Origin: Oikopleura dioica | Lineage: Eukaryota; Animalia; Chordata | Direction of reading: 5' to 3' | Length of the DNA stretch: 64,000 nt | Assembly (NCBI GenBank): GCA_907165135.1 | Contig: OU015566.1 | Coordinates: 2,480,001-2,544,000, forward strand | Shown: piece by piece, positions 37,875 through 50,249 of the stretch | Numbering within the stretch: the first letter of the stretch is position 1 | How the letters are laid out: every line of letters starts with the position of its first letter | The notes under the pieces: generated by a model | Databases searched by the model: none | What the model was told of the DNA's origin: nothing | The model's input: only the letters and a program-made list of their open reading frames with translations | Translations under genes and position numbers: made by a program

Positions 37875-38580
37875 GGCTTACCGGACTGAATTTTGAACCA
37901 TTTTTCTAGCTTGATTCAGTAGTCATGTGACACAAATAAAGAAAGCCTAGAAGCAGGGCTTTCATTTGAGCACCATATCGAGGGGTCTGGGTCATGCCCG
38001 CAAGGCAATATATGGGACCTGAAGTTCCAAAATGGGCACTAGAATTCTTTAGAAGAATTTTTCGATACCGGGCCGGCCTTCTCGGAAGTCGAGAGTCAGT
38101 TAATTAGAAAGCCCAGGCTCTGAGCTTTCCGTAGAGCCCAAGAAATCTTAGTGCATGGCAATTTTTGGCCATCAGCGATCAGTTTAATTGTCAATTTACT
38201 GCCTATTTTGACCATTTTTTAGGAGAAAGTCATCAATTTTAGTGAAATTTCACCACAAAAACAAGACGTCAAGCGCTCGCTGAAGGCCACAAACCGCCCT
38301 GCACTAAGATTTCTTGAGCTCTACGGAAAGCTCAGAGCCTGGGCTTTCTAAATAACTGACTTTCGACTTATGAGAAGGCCGGCCCGGCATCGAAAAATTC
38401 TTCTAAAGAATTCTAGTGCCCATTTTGGAACTTTAGGTCCTATATATTGCCTTGCGGGCATGACCCAGACTACTCGATATGGTGCTCATATGAAAGCCCT
38501 GGTTCAAGGCTTTCTATATTTGTGTCACATGACCACTGAATCAAGCTAGAAAAATGAGTCGAAATTCAGTCCGGTAAGCC
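37875..38580. mobile_element. Foldback-type MITE with ~280-bp inverted arms, TA-flanked
   Basis: 37875-~38156 is the near-perfect reverse complement of ~38300-38580. Ends are TA|GGCTTACCGGACTGAATTT ... AAATTCAGTCCGGTAAGCC|TA. Confidence 0.9.
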
Positions 38581-38978
38581 TAATGATAAATTTCTCTAGA
38601 GCTAAACCCGACCTTCATATTCTTCAAAATTTCTCTAAATATTCAAAGATACTCTTACTCCAAAGTCCACGACTACTCTTTATAAGCTCCATTTTTAATG
38701 AGTTTAAAGCTTCTGAATTGTTCTAAGACAGCAATTTTCTGTGACGTTTTTACAAAATTCCCAAACAGATCATTTTCACGCATCATCCATCATTTTCCGG
38801 GCCAGACTCCGTTTTTTCTCTCTTTTTCATTATTTTCCCACGTGACTCATTTTTAGAATAGTTTTTATTGAATATATTTGTCGTTTTTGGCGCACGAAGA
38901 AAATTGCACAGCTCAAGATTTACAGAAAGCGGGGAACAGAATTATGTACAAAACCTCTTTTTTGAACTTATTTTTTCT

Positions 38979-41022
38979 TCAATTTGTGACGATCATTACG
39001 ACCAGAAAACTACTCAACGCTCCGAGAGTCAGTCCTAGGGTAAGGAAAGTCGTCATCATTGCTGAAGCTCGACTGGTTGAGGCGAAGGCGACGGAATTTG
39101 CGCCAGAGCGGAATGAGATGGTTGCGGCAAGACCGTTTGTCAAACCGAGGAGAATCATTAGCACTAGACATATTTAATTTCTTAAATTTTTAAAAATTTG
39201 AAATTTGCTCTTGAATATTGAAAAAATTGCAAAAAAAAAAAACAAATTTTCCCTGATAAAAAGCAGAAACAAAGAACTAAGAAAAATATCTTTGATTGTA
39301 ACCCTAACCCTAACCCTAACCCTTACCCTAACAAATGCTTCCATTTTGTTAACACCTGAGCTGCTTACCTATGAAAATCCAGTCAGAAGTAAAGACGACT
39401 GGCAGCTTCCTCGGCTGGCAATTCGTCAACGGCAGCAGAAATAAAATCACAAATCTTAAAGCAACAATTGCTCCAAGAAGTTTTCTATTATTCAGAGATC
39501 TCAAATGGCCGGCAACTTCTCGCCCGATGAAGTCGAAAAGGTTGAAGCTCAGGAAACAGAAGACAGGACTGAAGAACTAGAAAATCATCATGAGAGGAGA
39601 AAAAAAGACGGAAGTAGTTACTTTGTCTGGAATATACGAGCCAGTTGGGTTGTACATTGACACCAGAGTCGGGAAAACAGCGATGGTGACGGCAAAAGTC
39701 AAAGTCAAGGAAGCAAGCTCGACCCAAATCAATTTGGCGATTTCAATGTGACTCTCTGGCTGTGCTTTTTCATCGTTTGGCAGAAGAAGGGGCTAAATAC
39801 AGCTATTAAACAACGAACAAGGTGGAAAAATTCGAAGAAAAATGAAGGTTTTCTACTGCAAAAAGCCAATGGATAAAAGAACTCGTTTCATAAGTACTTG
39901 ATTTTCCGGCGAGTCGATTTCATTCTCATTATAATCAATTTGATCATAATCCGAAATCGACCTCTCGCAGCAGCCAAAGACGAAGCCATACGCGCCCCAG
40001 GCGAGCAAAATCAGCAACAGTGCGGAGAGAAAAAATGCAAATGCTTCCCACTCGATTTGGTCAGCAAAGGCGATGCACTTTCATTTTGGATCAGAAAACA
40101 TGCTATTTCGAGAAGCAGAATTTTCTTATTTCAAATTGAATAAATTTAGATCCTTTCCAGAATATTGGCGATTGCGGCGAGAATTCCGGCCACAGATTGG
40201 CCGGATAGAAACGGTGTCAGCAGATGGAACTCCGAAGCTTCCACAGAGCATGAAATATTCAGCGTAGAACTTAAAACATTTTTGAGTCGACTTTTAATGT
40301 CTACTTTTCTACTTGTTGAACACTCTCAAAAATGAGTGCTCTGGTTTGTAAATGATTTTGGGTTCAATTGAGCAAGAATTTTAATATAGCTTACCTTAGA
40401 ATAGTCATCAAAACAGCGATCCCAAGTGCACCTCCGAAGAAAAGTTCTTTACAAAAATTTCAGAAAAAATTTCGGAAAATCATAATTATCTTCTTTGGGG
40501 AAGAAAATCTATTTCTTATTCGCGAAAAAAACGCTGAATTTATAAAAATATCCATTTAAAAATATTAATGTTAAATATTGATTTTTCGCTGAAACCTCAA
40601 TCAAACGAATTTCTGAAATTTCCTTTATAATTTGAAGTGTCCACCAGAGCAAGAGTCGCGCAAGCTGAGAACAGCACCGCCAGTAGAGCAAAGCATACAG
40701 TAAATCGAGTTTGACGACTGAATTTTGTGATTGTGAACGTTCCAATCACGCAGAAAACGAATTGAACGCCACAAATAGCGACTGAAACCTCACTCAATCT
40801 GGGAAAAACTTCAAAATAGTCACCTGATAAGCTCGAGTCCCAAAACTTCTGCATCGCATTCGAATCAGTTGTATTGCTCGAGTAGAAACCATTTCCCGAA
40901 TCGGAGAATTTTTCATGCCAGTAAGTTTGGGGAGTGATGAAGAAATTCCACGGCGCGAGGCAGGCGATCCCAAAGATGTAGAAACATATGCTTTCTAGTA
41001 ACGAGCCCGTATCTGTTGACAT
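38979..41022 (-). CDS. SLC29: Equilibrative nucleoside transporter (SLC29/ENT family)
   Basis: N-terminal FYIFGIACLAPWNFFIT..YW and C-terminal LLGLTNGL...MMTTFLTLGLTLGALSSF are ENT hallmarks, with hydrophobic exons between them. Confidence 0.9.
39299..39332. repeat. Interstitial (TAACCC)n telomere-like repeat inside an ENT intron
   Basis: TAACCCTAACCCTAACCCTAACCCTTACCCTAAC. Confidence 0.85.
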
Positions 41023-41713
41023 TCTGAAATTGATCGAATTAAAAGAGTGTTTTTGGAAGATGGATTTTTAGAGGGCAGTTTCTTTCATTTCGTGGTCGAT
41101 GTATTTGTATCTTATCATGAGTCTTTTTTTTTCCTTTGACTTTAACAAAGTGAGACCCTTATTTTTTTCATGAAAAATAATGTTCAAACTGCTTCAAAAT
41201 TCCTTAAAATTCAAGATCGAAATTTTCAATTTGACGAAAAAAAAATTATTTTTTTTTTCTTTTTTTCCTATTTTGGGGACTCTACACCCTTAATTGTCAA
41301 AATCTTTAAAAAAAACCCTCCCTTATATTATCAAGTCTTTTCCTTCTCTTTCCGGATAAAATCTCGCAAATCTCCAGCTTCTCTTCTTCCTCCAATTTCG
41401 AGTTCGAGCCCAGCAAGTCTTTCGGTATAATTCTGTTCTGTGTCAAAAAATAACGCGAAATAAGACATGAATGTATTATCACATGTCTTAAAGTGTACGC
41501 CTCGGCTTCGACATTGGCGCCCGCGGGGAGTTATTTTTCCACAACGGTTTTGTGCATTTTTAATATTTTTTAGAGCCCGCGATTTATTTGCGTTAATTTT
41601 TTACAACTAGTCTCTCCAGACGGGGAGATTCTAAAAGACCATTTTTGAGCTGAGACGGCGAACTCTTTAAAAAAGTTGTTCTAGCAAATGTTTTCAAAGT
41701 ACTGATCCATTAA

Positions 41714-42048
41714 GGACCCCTCCCCCCCGTCAAGAATTTTCGAAAAATTTATTTTCGGAATTTTAGAATTTTGACCCTGGAAATGGATTCTAAAGGTCAT
41801 AAAACGATTTTGAGGCTTCATTTTCTGGGGTCTATCTCGACTCTAACACCCTCAAAATCGCGTTTGAAAAATGGACTTTTTGACGAAAAATGACGAAAAA
41901 GTCCCAATTTTGCTATAATTCTAGATTTTTATTGGTCAAGAAGTGCTCCGAACAAGTTTTTATGATAAATCGAACTTTCAGGCACGCTAAGAAGCCAAAA
42001 TATGTTTTTCTGATTTTTCGAGGAAAATTGTTGACGGGGGGGGGGTCC
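41714..42048. mobile_element. TTAA-target MITE with GG...CC ends (Kolobok-like)
   Basis: TTAA|GGACCCCTCCCCCCCGTCAAGAATTTT ... AAAATTGTTGACGGGGGGGGGGTCC|TTAA, with TTAA at 41710-41713 and 42049-42052. Confidence 0.8.
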
Positions 42049-43232
42049 TTAATAGCGTTTTCTACCTTTTTAAATCTCCGATCTGAATTTCTCTTTCAAA
42101 AATAAATTTTAAACTAAATTTCAGAATCCGCGGTACTTTAGCCAAATCTCGAGAAATCAAGCACCCTAATTAATCAATAAACACCATGTGGCGGACGAGC
42201 ACATTTCCGGCGTTATCTCTCTTTTTTCCCGCCCCGCGGAGGTGAAAAATTTTTCAAAGGAAAATAAAAAGCAATTATCGATCCTAAAATTGGTGATAAG
42301 GCGGTTCATTTCGATTTGTGATTTTTTGACACCAGTGCCCATGTGAATTTTGGCTCACGGGATTACCACCAAGCGCGACCAGAGTCTTTTTGTTGTTTTC
42401 TCTGTTGAAAATTTTCTTCAGACTCAGATTTACAGTATTTTTTTCGTCAAAAAACAGTCATTTCCCACTCGTTAAGAATTCTCTGTCTATAATCCTCTGA
42501 CAAACGGCGTAGTGCGCGTGTTCTGATCAATACATCGCTGCTTCGAAAATAAGCAGCATCGAATTTGAGAAATGGAAAAGTCGTATTCAAAACTGCCACA
42601 GGCCAAGTTCATCTGCACGGTCACATGGCTTTTCGAGTATTTGGCCTGGAATAACAGCCTCGGGCGGACAAAGCCCGCGAAATTGAAACGCTGCTAAAAA
42701 GCGCGAAAATATTTTTCTGTCAATTTTTCAGTGAAAAAATAAAATCACCATTTTCTCTGTTTTTTATTCTGAAATCTCTGATAGCTATACAAATGAACTA
42801 AAGGAGCTAAAGTCATCAAATCTCTCTCTGAAAGAAAATTGGTCACGCGCCAAATTTTCGTTGTTCAAGTTCGAAAGGAGGACCCTCCGCAAATAAGCTA
42901 TTTATACAAAAATGCGTCATTTTTTGAGAAAATAATCTTGCGAATTATAAATTGATAATTTTCAATTTTGGTGCCCTTGCCAAATGGACTGTTTTGACAG
43001 ACGGCGCGAGTTCCATTGTAACTGTTGACTTTTGTCTGGTTATGAATTTGTTAGAATAAAAAGTTGTTAAGTTCGAAAAAGGATGGATGAGTTCATAACC
43101 AAATGAATAAAACGGCATGAATAGGGGAGTTTCCAAAGCAATCAACTTGGTTTATATTTGCTCTTTTTCAGGATTTTCAAAGAAATTATTTCGGAAAATT
43201 TTTGACTCGAAAAAGACTTTCTTATGGCCAAG

Positions 43233-43258
43233 AACCCTAACCTAACCCTAACCCTAAC
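43233..43258. repeat. Short interstitial (TAACCC)n telomere-like repeat
   Basis: AACCCTAACCTAACCCTAACCCTAAC. Confidence 0.7.
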
Positions 43259-43289
43259 TTCTTTCCCTCACCCTATCATTTGAAAACCC

Positions 43290-44142
43290 TGGCCATGAGA
43301 TTGAAGAGTATGAATGAGAGTAATCGCCAATTCTGCTGAGTGTCGATGATACTTAGAGAGACTTGAGTCTTGACCGCTGCTCAAGAAATCCTTTTAGAAC
43401 GGACAAAGAACAAGCATTGCAAAATTAAAGTTTGAGTGAACGAAAATATCATCCCCTGAATATTTGACCGCCGCATGCAGAAGTGGCGTGTGTCCGTTGT
43501 GATCTGGCATGTTTGGATTCGCGCCGTTTTCCAATAAACTAACATCGGGACTTGAAATATCAAAAATCATGTTTTATCATGAAAAATTCACAATTTTCCC
43601 GTTGGCTTTTGATCTTCAAAAAAGGGTTCAAGCCCGTCCCAGATCAGAACATTTTCAACAGCATCATCTTCCACATGTTCTATCGCAACAGTCAAACAGC
43701 TTTTACCAAAATCCTCCATTCCAAAAACCTTCTTTTTCGACGAAAAAATCGTCTGCCCGCCGACATCCCTCTTCGACGGACTCCAGTTTACCACAGCTCC
43801 TTGTTCAATCCGCTCTTTTATTTCATTAACGTCTCCTTTCTTGCAGGCGAGCCACAAGAGTTTGCTGCCCTCTTTCCAGCCGAGAATTTTCGGATTCGGA
43901 AGGGATTTTCGAGTATTTCGGTCTTCGCATTTTCGGGCTTCTTTCGGATCTTCTCGAACTGAGGCTCGACGCTGACGACTTCGGATTTTTTCTTCGTCGA
44001 CTTTTTTGCAGGTCAAAATATTGATAAAAAAATTTATTTTTTGAATCAATTTTAAAATTATCGGATCATTGGATAGAATGAAGACCATTTCTTTATGAAA
44101 AACAGAATTGACTTTACTCGCTTTGTGATCAAAGAAACGCAT
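43290..44142 (-). CDS. Ankyrin-repeat protein (boundaries approximate)
   Basis: LLWLACKKGDVNEIKERIEQGAVVN, GKSCLTVAIE, and LLENGANPNMPDHNGHTPLLHAA in successive exons. Confidence 0.6.
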
Positions 44143-44286
44143 CCCACTTTCTCTGCAAATAGGGACCTAGTGAAAAGGACCGCACGTAGATGTTCACACC
44201 TCATCAAATCAAATTCTTCAAACTCGATCAACGTTCAAGCTTTAAAAACTGCTTTTCGAAAAAGATTTTGCATATTTTATTCATTT

Positions 44287-45927
44287 TTATTGAATATTAG
44301 CTCTTATCCATTTTCGCAGTGCAAAAGCATCGGCATAAACTCCGGGAATCGCGTTTCCGCAACCATATCCAAAAGAAACGACGCCATAAAGAGTGTATTT
44401 TCCATTGGCATGACAAACTAGAGACATATCGTTATTCGAAAATCTTTGGAGATTTACCAAGTGGTCCTCCAGAATCGCCACCACAAGTGTCAACGCCTGC
44501 CACACCACCAGCACAAAGCATCGAGTTGTCAAATTGATTTCCATTGTGCAGCTGATTTTTGCAATATGTCCGCGATCTAGAAATAGAGCTTTCAATTCCG
44601 CCAGTTTTCAATTTTACCTGACTTCCACAACTTGCATAAGCAATCGGTCACTGATTCTTCCACCGAATTCTTCTGAACCAAAACCACTGATGATGCATCC
44701 CGCGTTTCTTTCAGCTTTGAATTCTGGCAAACAAGCTGGTCGAACGTACTCGTTGTATTGAAAAGGGCGGTCAGTAACGATGATGCAAATGTCATTTGAA
44801 TTCGTTTTCGGGTCGTAAGATCTGGATGACTTTGAAATCAAGGAGGAAAATGGGTTTTTACCTGTGAGGAATATACTTCCCAAAGTTTCTTTCTTGTCTT
44901 CCCGGTTCAGGATTCATGGGATTATGAACTCTGAAGATGTTTCCCGCAGAAATCACGCCCCAGGCGAAGTTTTCATCTTTATTTTGAAAGCAATGAGCAG
45001 CAGATATCACATGTTTCATCGAAACAAGGGTGCCCCCGCAGACATTTCTTCCTCGAATAAGAACTTGCCAAGGAAGTGTTCTGCGCATTGCCTGTCTTCC
45101 TCCAATCAAATTTGGTCGAATATAAGACGTATTCCTGGGTGATTCTGTGGTTGCTGTAACAGGAATGGATCTGACCGATCGGGGTCGGTCTTTTGTAAAT
45201 TTTTCAATAGGATGATCGCCAACCATCAAATTCAAGCCAGGTTCCAGCTCGACAACTCCGCATTCGACATTTTCATTGACGATCTCTTCCTTGTCTCCAT
45301 TGTTTGCAGCAGCAGGAGATTTGCAATTCGAGCAATGATCGACCCCGCATTCCTCCCAGCGAGCGGAATACTTATTCGTGTAACACCACGGACCTCCATG
45401 ATGAAAATCAGGATTTCGACAAAAATTATGATCCCAGGACTCGCTGGGAAGAGGAATTCTATTTTCGACGTCAGCCCATTTGACGCAGTTTCTGCCTGAT
45501 TTTGTGGTTTGTTTCTTGCCATCGTACTTTTTCGAATACTCCCAGCTTGGGTAAGATGTTATTTTGTCATGATTATTGGGAAGCTTACCAATCACATGAT
45601 TTAGTCCTCGTTGTTGTCCCCCGATTCATATCGTCAATGCAATACTCCCACTCAGTATCAGGATCTGTTGTGTAGCACCAATGATGCCCTCCATGCCCGA
45701 CTACGAAAAATTGAAAGAATAATTTTTGAAGCGATTAAAGGTGTCGAAAACTCACATCCTTTGCAGCATAAATTATGCCACGGAGCAGAAGGGCTGCCAT
45801 CTACTCTATGAGGAAAATTCGTATCCCATCTTTGACAAGTTTTTCCCGAAACAGTTTCTCTTTGATCATTGCAGCTCCATTCTTGAGCATTCGCAATTAT
45901 GCCGGGGAAAATAAAAGCCAGTCTCAT
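44287..45927 (-). CDS. Secreted two-kringle S1A serine protease (plasminogen/HGFA-like architecture)
   Basis: Signal peptide; divergent kringle 1 (SGKTCQRW...HWCYTTDPDTEWEYC); kringle 2 (SGRNCVKW...NFCRNPD...PWCYT...WEECGV); SAAHC, NDICII, DTCGGDSGGPL. Confidence 0.92.
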
Positions 45928-46065
45928 TTGTCTAAGAATTGCTTTTCCTGATAATTTGAGAACAACTGTTTGTATTTGCTTGGTCATTTATTTTGTTGAC
46001 ATTGATTCTGATCACAGTCAAATGAGTCTTTTCGCTGATTTTTCATTCTTTTAGGACGTTTTTTA

Positions 46066-46938
46066 CATAGTGGTACATTGGCCCTTCGTGTTCAATGTCA
46101 AGTGGCTCGTTTTCTTCAAGCTCTTCCCTGAAAAAATTGTGAGAAAATAACAATAAAGCAGGGTTTACCTTATTCGAGCAAGTAGAAGCTCTTGAGCGCG
46201 GCTTGAAAAAGCAAAAGACGATCCAAAAGCCAGTAAAAAAAGCTTTAAAAATTGCATAGTTAGTTCTATCTCCATTTCTTGATGATTATAGGTTCTTTTT
46301 ATACGGAGAAAAAGCGACAATGTTTTTCTTGCTTGTCAAATTCAATTTTTAATTGTCTAATAACGGAATTGACGATGAGAAAATACTAGCCAGTCTTGTC
46401 CGGCTGAGAATAAAAAAACAGGTTTGTCGGCCTTTTAAGTTAAATGAGTTCGATTTTATTGATCATGAAGCTTTTTTTTATTCAATTTATTCTTGCAATT
46501 GACGATTCAATAGCAACTTCCCATATTTGACAAGAAATTCAACGGTATTACCTTTTTTTCTTCAAGAGTAACACAATCATCAATTTCCTCCGTCTTTTAC
46601 CTAAATTTCAGGCAAGCTAAGATTGATTTCTTGAGGAAAGTAGCAGAGGAAATCTTGAGCTTTGACGTCATTTGACGCTTATAATCGTAATTTATACAAA
46701 AAAGCTTAGCATAAATCGAGGATGATAGACAGTGATTTGAGAAGACTGTGGGCAATATCATAAATTTGCATTGTTTATCTTCTTCTTGGAGAAAATCATT
46801 CCTTAGTTGATGAAACACAGGGGGCCATAAAAGGAACATGGTAAAACATCCCCCGAACATATTTTTCTCTGATTTTCCATCCAGAAGGATATGGAAATGA
46901 CAATGTGCCAAAATTAGCATCCGGTCGAGATTCTTCAT
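46066..46938 (-). CDS. Possible unknown spliced gene
   Basis: A 113-codon ATG ORF ends at a GT donor, and a downstream GT-AG-joined piece reads RAQELLLARIR|EELEENEPLDIEHEGPMYHYV*. No family motif recognised. Confidence 0.3.
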
Positions 46939-47025
46939 TATTATTAGTTGGAGTTTTTATCATAAAAGGGCTCCTTCATAAGCTTATACGTTAGGTAATA
47001 TGAGCCGCCCCTGTGGTTCTTAAAT

Positions 47026-47082
47026 TCTACTATAGAATCTACTATAGTCTATAGTCTATAGTCTATAGAGTCTATAGTATAG
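47026..47082. repeat. (CTATAGT)n-like palindromic microsatellite
   Basis: CTACTATAGAATCTACTATAGTCTATAGTCTATAGTCTATAGAGTCTATAGTATAG. Confidence 0.75.
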
Positions 47083-47418
47083 TTTTTAGAGTCTTAACAG
47101 GACGAGTCCCTTCCTCGACACTTGATCGCATAAAAATCGGAATATTCTACTGCTAAAATGAATGAAACAAATTTTTCTTTTTGTCAACTAATCTACTCGT
47201 CTTCTTTTTAATCTATCTTCTTCTCGGCGACAGTGGATCGTTTACTGCGATTATCAGAAGTCATTTGACATTCAAGACAACTTTTTGAATAGAAAATTTT
47301 TTCTTTTGAAATATAATCAAAAATCTTATTTTTTAATATCATTGATTTAAAATAAAAAGACGATAAACAACTTGAGATAATTTTTAAGAGACTATATTTT
47401 CGTTTGAACATCAATTTG

Positions 47419-47835
47419 TTACAGTAAAAGTTCGCTTGATTCTGAGTTTGAGCGCAGATAAAATTTATCTTCCATATGAGCTTTTGGTTTTTTGACGATG
47501 TTTTCAATGATTCGCTCGAGCTGGATAATGAAGACAACGAAGATGACAAAGCTGAAGCAGATGACGAGGATGTTCATTTTTGAGAAGGTCGATCCCTCTT
47601 TTTCTTGGAAAATTTCCGGAGTTTCGACCTCGACGAATGCTTTTTCGGTGGCAGAAGGGACGAGGGAGTGGTGAGATTTCATTCCCCAGGCTTCGCAGCA
47701 TTTTGACTTTTGGATTTGACGGCAGAAGTGGTGATTTCCGTCGATAAGGGAGCAAGCCCGGCAGAAATTTTCAGTGCAGATTTGGGAAGCGGCGGCGATG
47801 GCGAAGAAGAAAAGTGGAGTCGAAAGAAAGTTCAT
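47419..47835 (-). CDS. Small intronless type I membrane protein with 6-Cys ectodomain, 138 aa
   Basis: Signal peptide MNFLSTPLFFFAIAAAS, then C-x4-C-x2-C-x9-C-x7-CC, then TM ILVICFSFVIFVVFIIQL, then a short tail. Confidence 0.6.
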   Translation of the reverse strand: MNFLSTPLFFFAIAAASQICTENFCRACSLIDGNHHFCRQIQKSKCCEAWGMKSHHSLVPSATEKAFVEVETPEIFQEKEGSTFSKMNILVICFSFVIFVVFIIQLERIIENIVKKPKAHMEDKFYLRSNSESSELLL

Positions 47836-47889
47836 GTTTTTTTTTGATTGTTCAACTTTTGCTGATGAAAAGAAGGAGCGAGAGGGTGG

Positions 47890-47930
47890 TTTTATAGGCG
47901 CCTGCCGGCGATGGAAATCGCAAGATGGCG
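47890..47930 (-). promoter_or_regulatory. Candidate TATA box and YY1-like site upstream of the small membrane protein gene
   Basis: TATAAAA on the minus strand at 47896-47890, ~55 nt before the ATG. AAGATGGCG (YY1 consensus) at 47922-47930. Confidence 0.3.
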
Positions 47931-48512
47931 CGAAGGAGAGAGAAGGAGGTGCCGGAAAGCGCGAGAAGAGAACATGTGTACATGGAAATGTAACATAACT
48001 CTATGGAAAAAATGAATGTATCGAAATCCTCTCATATAGTCTATTAAAGATATCAGATAAAGTTTTAGATCAGTCTTTATTCAAACTGCACTTTATTTTA
48101 TATAATTAAAACAAGTTTCTTATTTTATATAAAAATAAGGGCATCGTGAATCATGATGTCATTAACACAGCTATCTGAGCTCCCTTGGAAAGGAAATTCT
48201 TATAAGCTTCTTATTAGTAATCATTATTCAATAAGAACTGATATGTTCTGTTTTTTCAAACTTGCTGTATGGACTCCGTACTATGGACAGTGCTTGGAGC
48301 CTATTTTGAGACGAATGATTATGATAACTGCCAGAAAAGCTCTCTTAATCATTTTGGCTCACCGACCAGCTTTGCAATGCTCTGAATGGAATGAAATCAA
48401 CTTCGGGCCTCTTCATTTTCGGATATGCTTTGACTGTTTTTAAAACCATTTATAGAAAAAATCATCTGAACTCAGTAAGGTACGAAATTTCCGAGTCTTC
48501 TTTCAAAAGGAT

Positions 48513-49860
48513 TCAATAAGAGCATGTCCCAAAAAATACCCGTTCAGCTCTCAATTTTTTGCTCTTAATCCCAGTTCCTGAATGTTCTTCTTCGGAAAAA
48601 GTAAGCGCATTGTCACTTCCCACACTAAAATCATCATAGTCTCCGGGATGCGCGCAAAAATCTTCTGAAATAAACCAGAAAGAAAATTTAAAAACAAAAA
48701 TTGTGAAAACCTCCATTTTCATGCCGCCCATTGGAAAGTTCCGAGACACAATCATCCCCAGACCCGTCAGACTCAAACTCGTTGAAATCGTCATTTACTA
48801 AAAATCATTCCGTCAGACAGCAACGAGTCGAGAATCCTGTCTCTGTCCTCCATCCAGATGACGTTCATCGGCTGGAAAGACGGGCCGGATTTCAGATGTT
48901 TCCAGTTTGATTTTTCTTCTCCTACCTGAATGAGAATCATTGCCAACTCGTCCATACTGTTCTTCATACTCCCAAATCGCAGCTGAAAAAAGAATTGACA
49001 AACTTGGACTTTCAGAAAGCAAGCTACCTTGTTGAGAATCTTCATCGCTTTCCCTCATTTCCTCTTCTTCAAAGTTTTCCAGCGCTCGATCAAGATTCTC
49101 CTGGTCAGCCTCCTCAGCCATCACGCTTGGGAAGAGTTAGCTTATCAAGATTTCCGTTTCACGAACTTATAAGAGTTTGACAAGTAGAAATGGGTTAGTA
49201 ATTTGTTGAAATCGCACAATGGGATGGGATTAGTAAACACGCAATGGTTCTCAACCCATCGATCCGTTCTTGATCTCACGAACTTCATGATCTCGTTCAT
49301 GTCTTCATTTTGCTCGTCGTCCTCCGAGACCATGACGATCTCGTCCAAATTCATCATTCCCTTGGCCTCGAGGTTGTCGGAGTTGCATTCGGAAAGGGAG
49401 CTAGCTGTATCCCCACCACCATCTGATCCTTCATCATCTTCCTGGTCGATAGCTGCTTGTTCGGCCTCGACGCTCCAGTCTTAAATTTCAACGGTTAAAG
49501 AAAGCAATAGCAAAATAACAACCCTTTCCTGCTCATTGCTCTTCAAGAAAATAAAAATTATTTCTAGAAAGATTCTGAATCAAGCGTCATTTTGGAATTC
49601 GGAAGGTTACGTAAGATACTGTAAGATTCAAGGGGGAAATTTATTTCCATTTTATTGCCTCCCAGACAAAATAACAATTATCACTTTCCTTCCTGATTCA
49701 GAGACATGTTTCTTTTATGAATTCATTTTCCATAATCGGAAATTTCCCCCTCACCTTCGCCAAGGCTGCAGCTTGAATCGTCTGACCCGCCATCGCTGTC
49801 GCTTTCATCGTCCTCTTCCATTAGCAGATACTTCTTCTGTATCTTCCCGAGCTCCTCTGA
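48513..49860 (-). CDS. Unknown acidic low-complexity protein (multi-exon, boundaries approximate)
   Basis: D/E/S-rich exon blocks (EEDDESDSDGGSDD; DQEDDEGSDGGG; EEEEMRESDEDSQQ) separated by GT-AG introns. Confidence 0.45.
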
Positions 49861-50249
49861 AATCGAGTATGAGCGAACTTTTATTGTATCATTTTGGAAC
49901 TTTCCGTATATTGACGGGTTAGCTTCTTCCTGTCACAGCTGCAGAGCTGGAAAGGGGAAGCTGGAATCAATGATTCTGACCAAAATCTGCGGCAAAACCC
50001 GAACTGTTCGAACAGTCATCCGTCATAATCGATGAGGGGAAAGAAGAAGAGAAATATAAGGATCGTTTTGGAGGACTTACTGAGTTCTCGGCAGGAAAGA
50101 GCATGTGGAGGACGAAATCTTCTCATAGAAAAGACCCTCTCCTTCCGTTTTTTGTTAAGATTCTTGATCGATGACTCGCACTTGCGCTACAAGGAATAAG
50201 TTTGAGTTTCTCTTACAGTCGATAAAAACAGCACAAAGGATGATTATAA

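Noticed and set aside
41070-41480. Possible small gene immediately upstream of ENT (…GLELEIGGRREAGDLRDFIRKEK…; …KYIDHEMKETAL*)
   Set aside because: The exons could not be joined confidently and no family motif was found.
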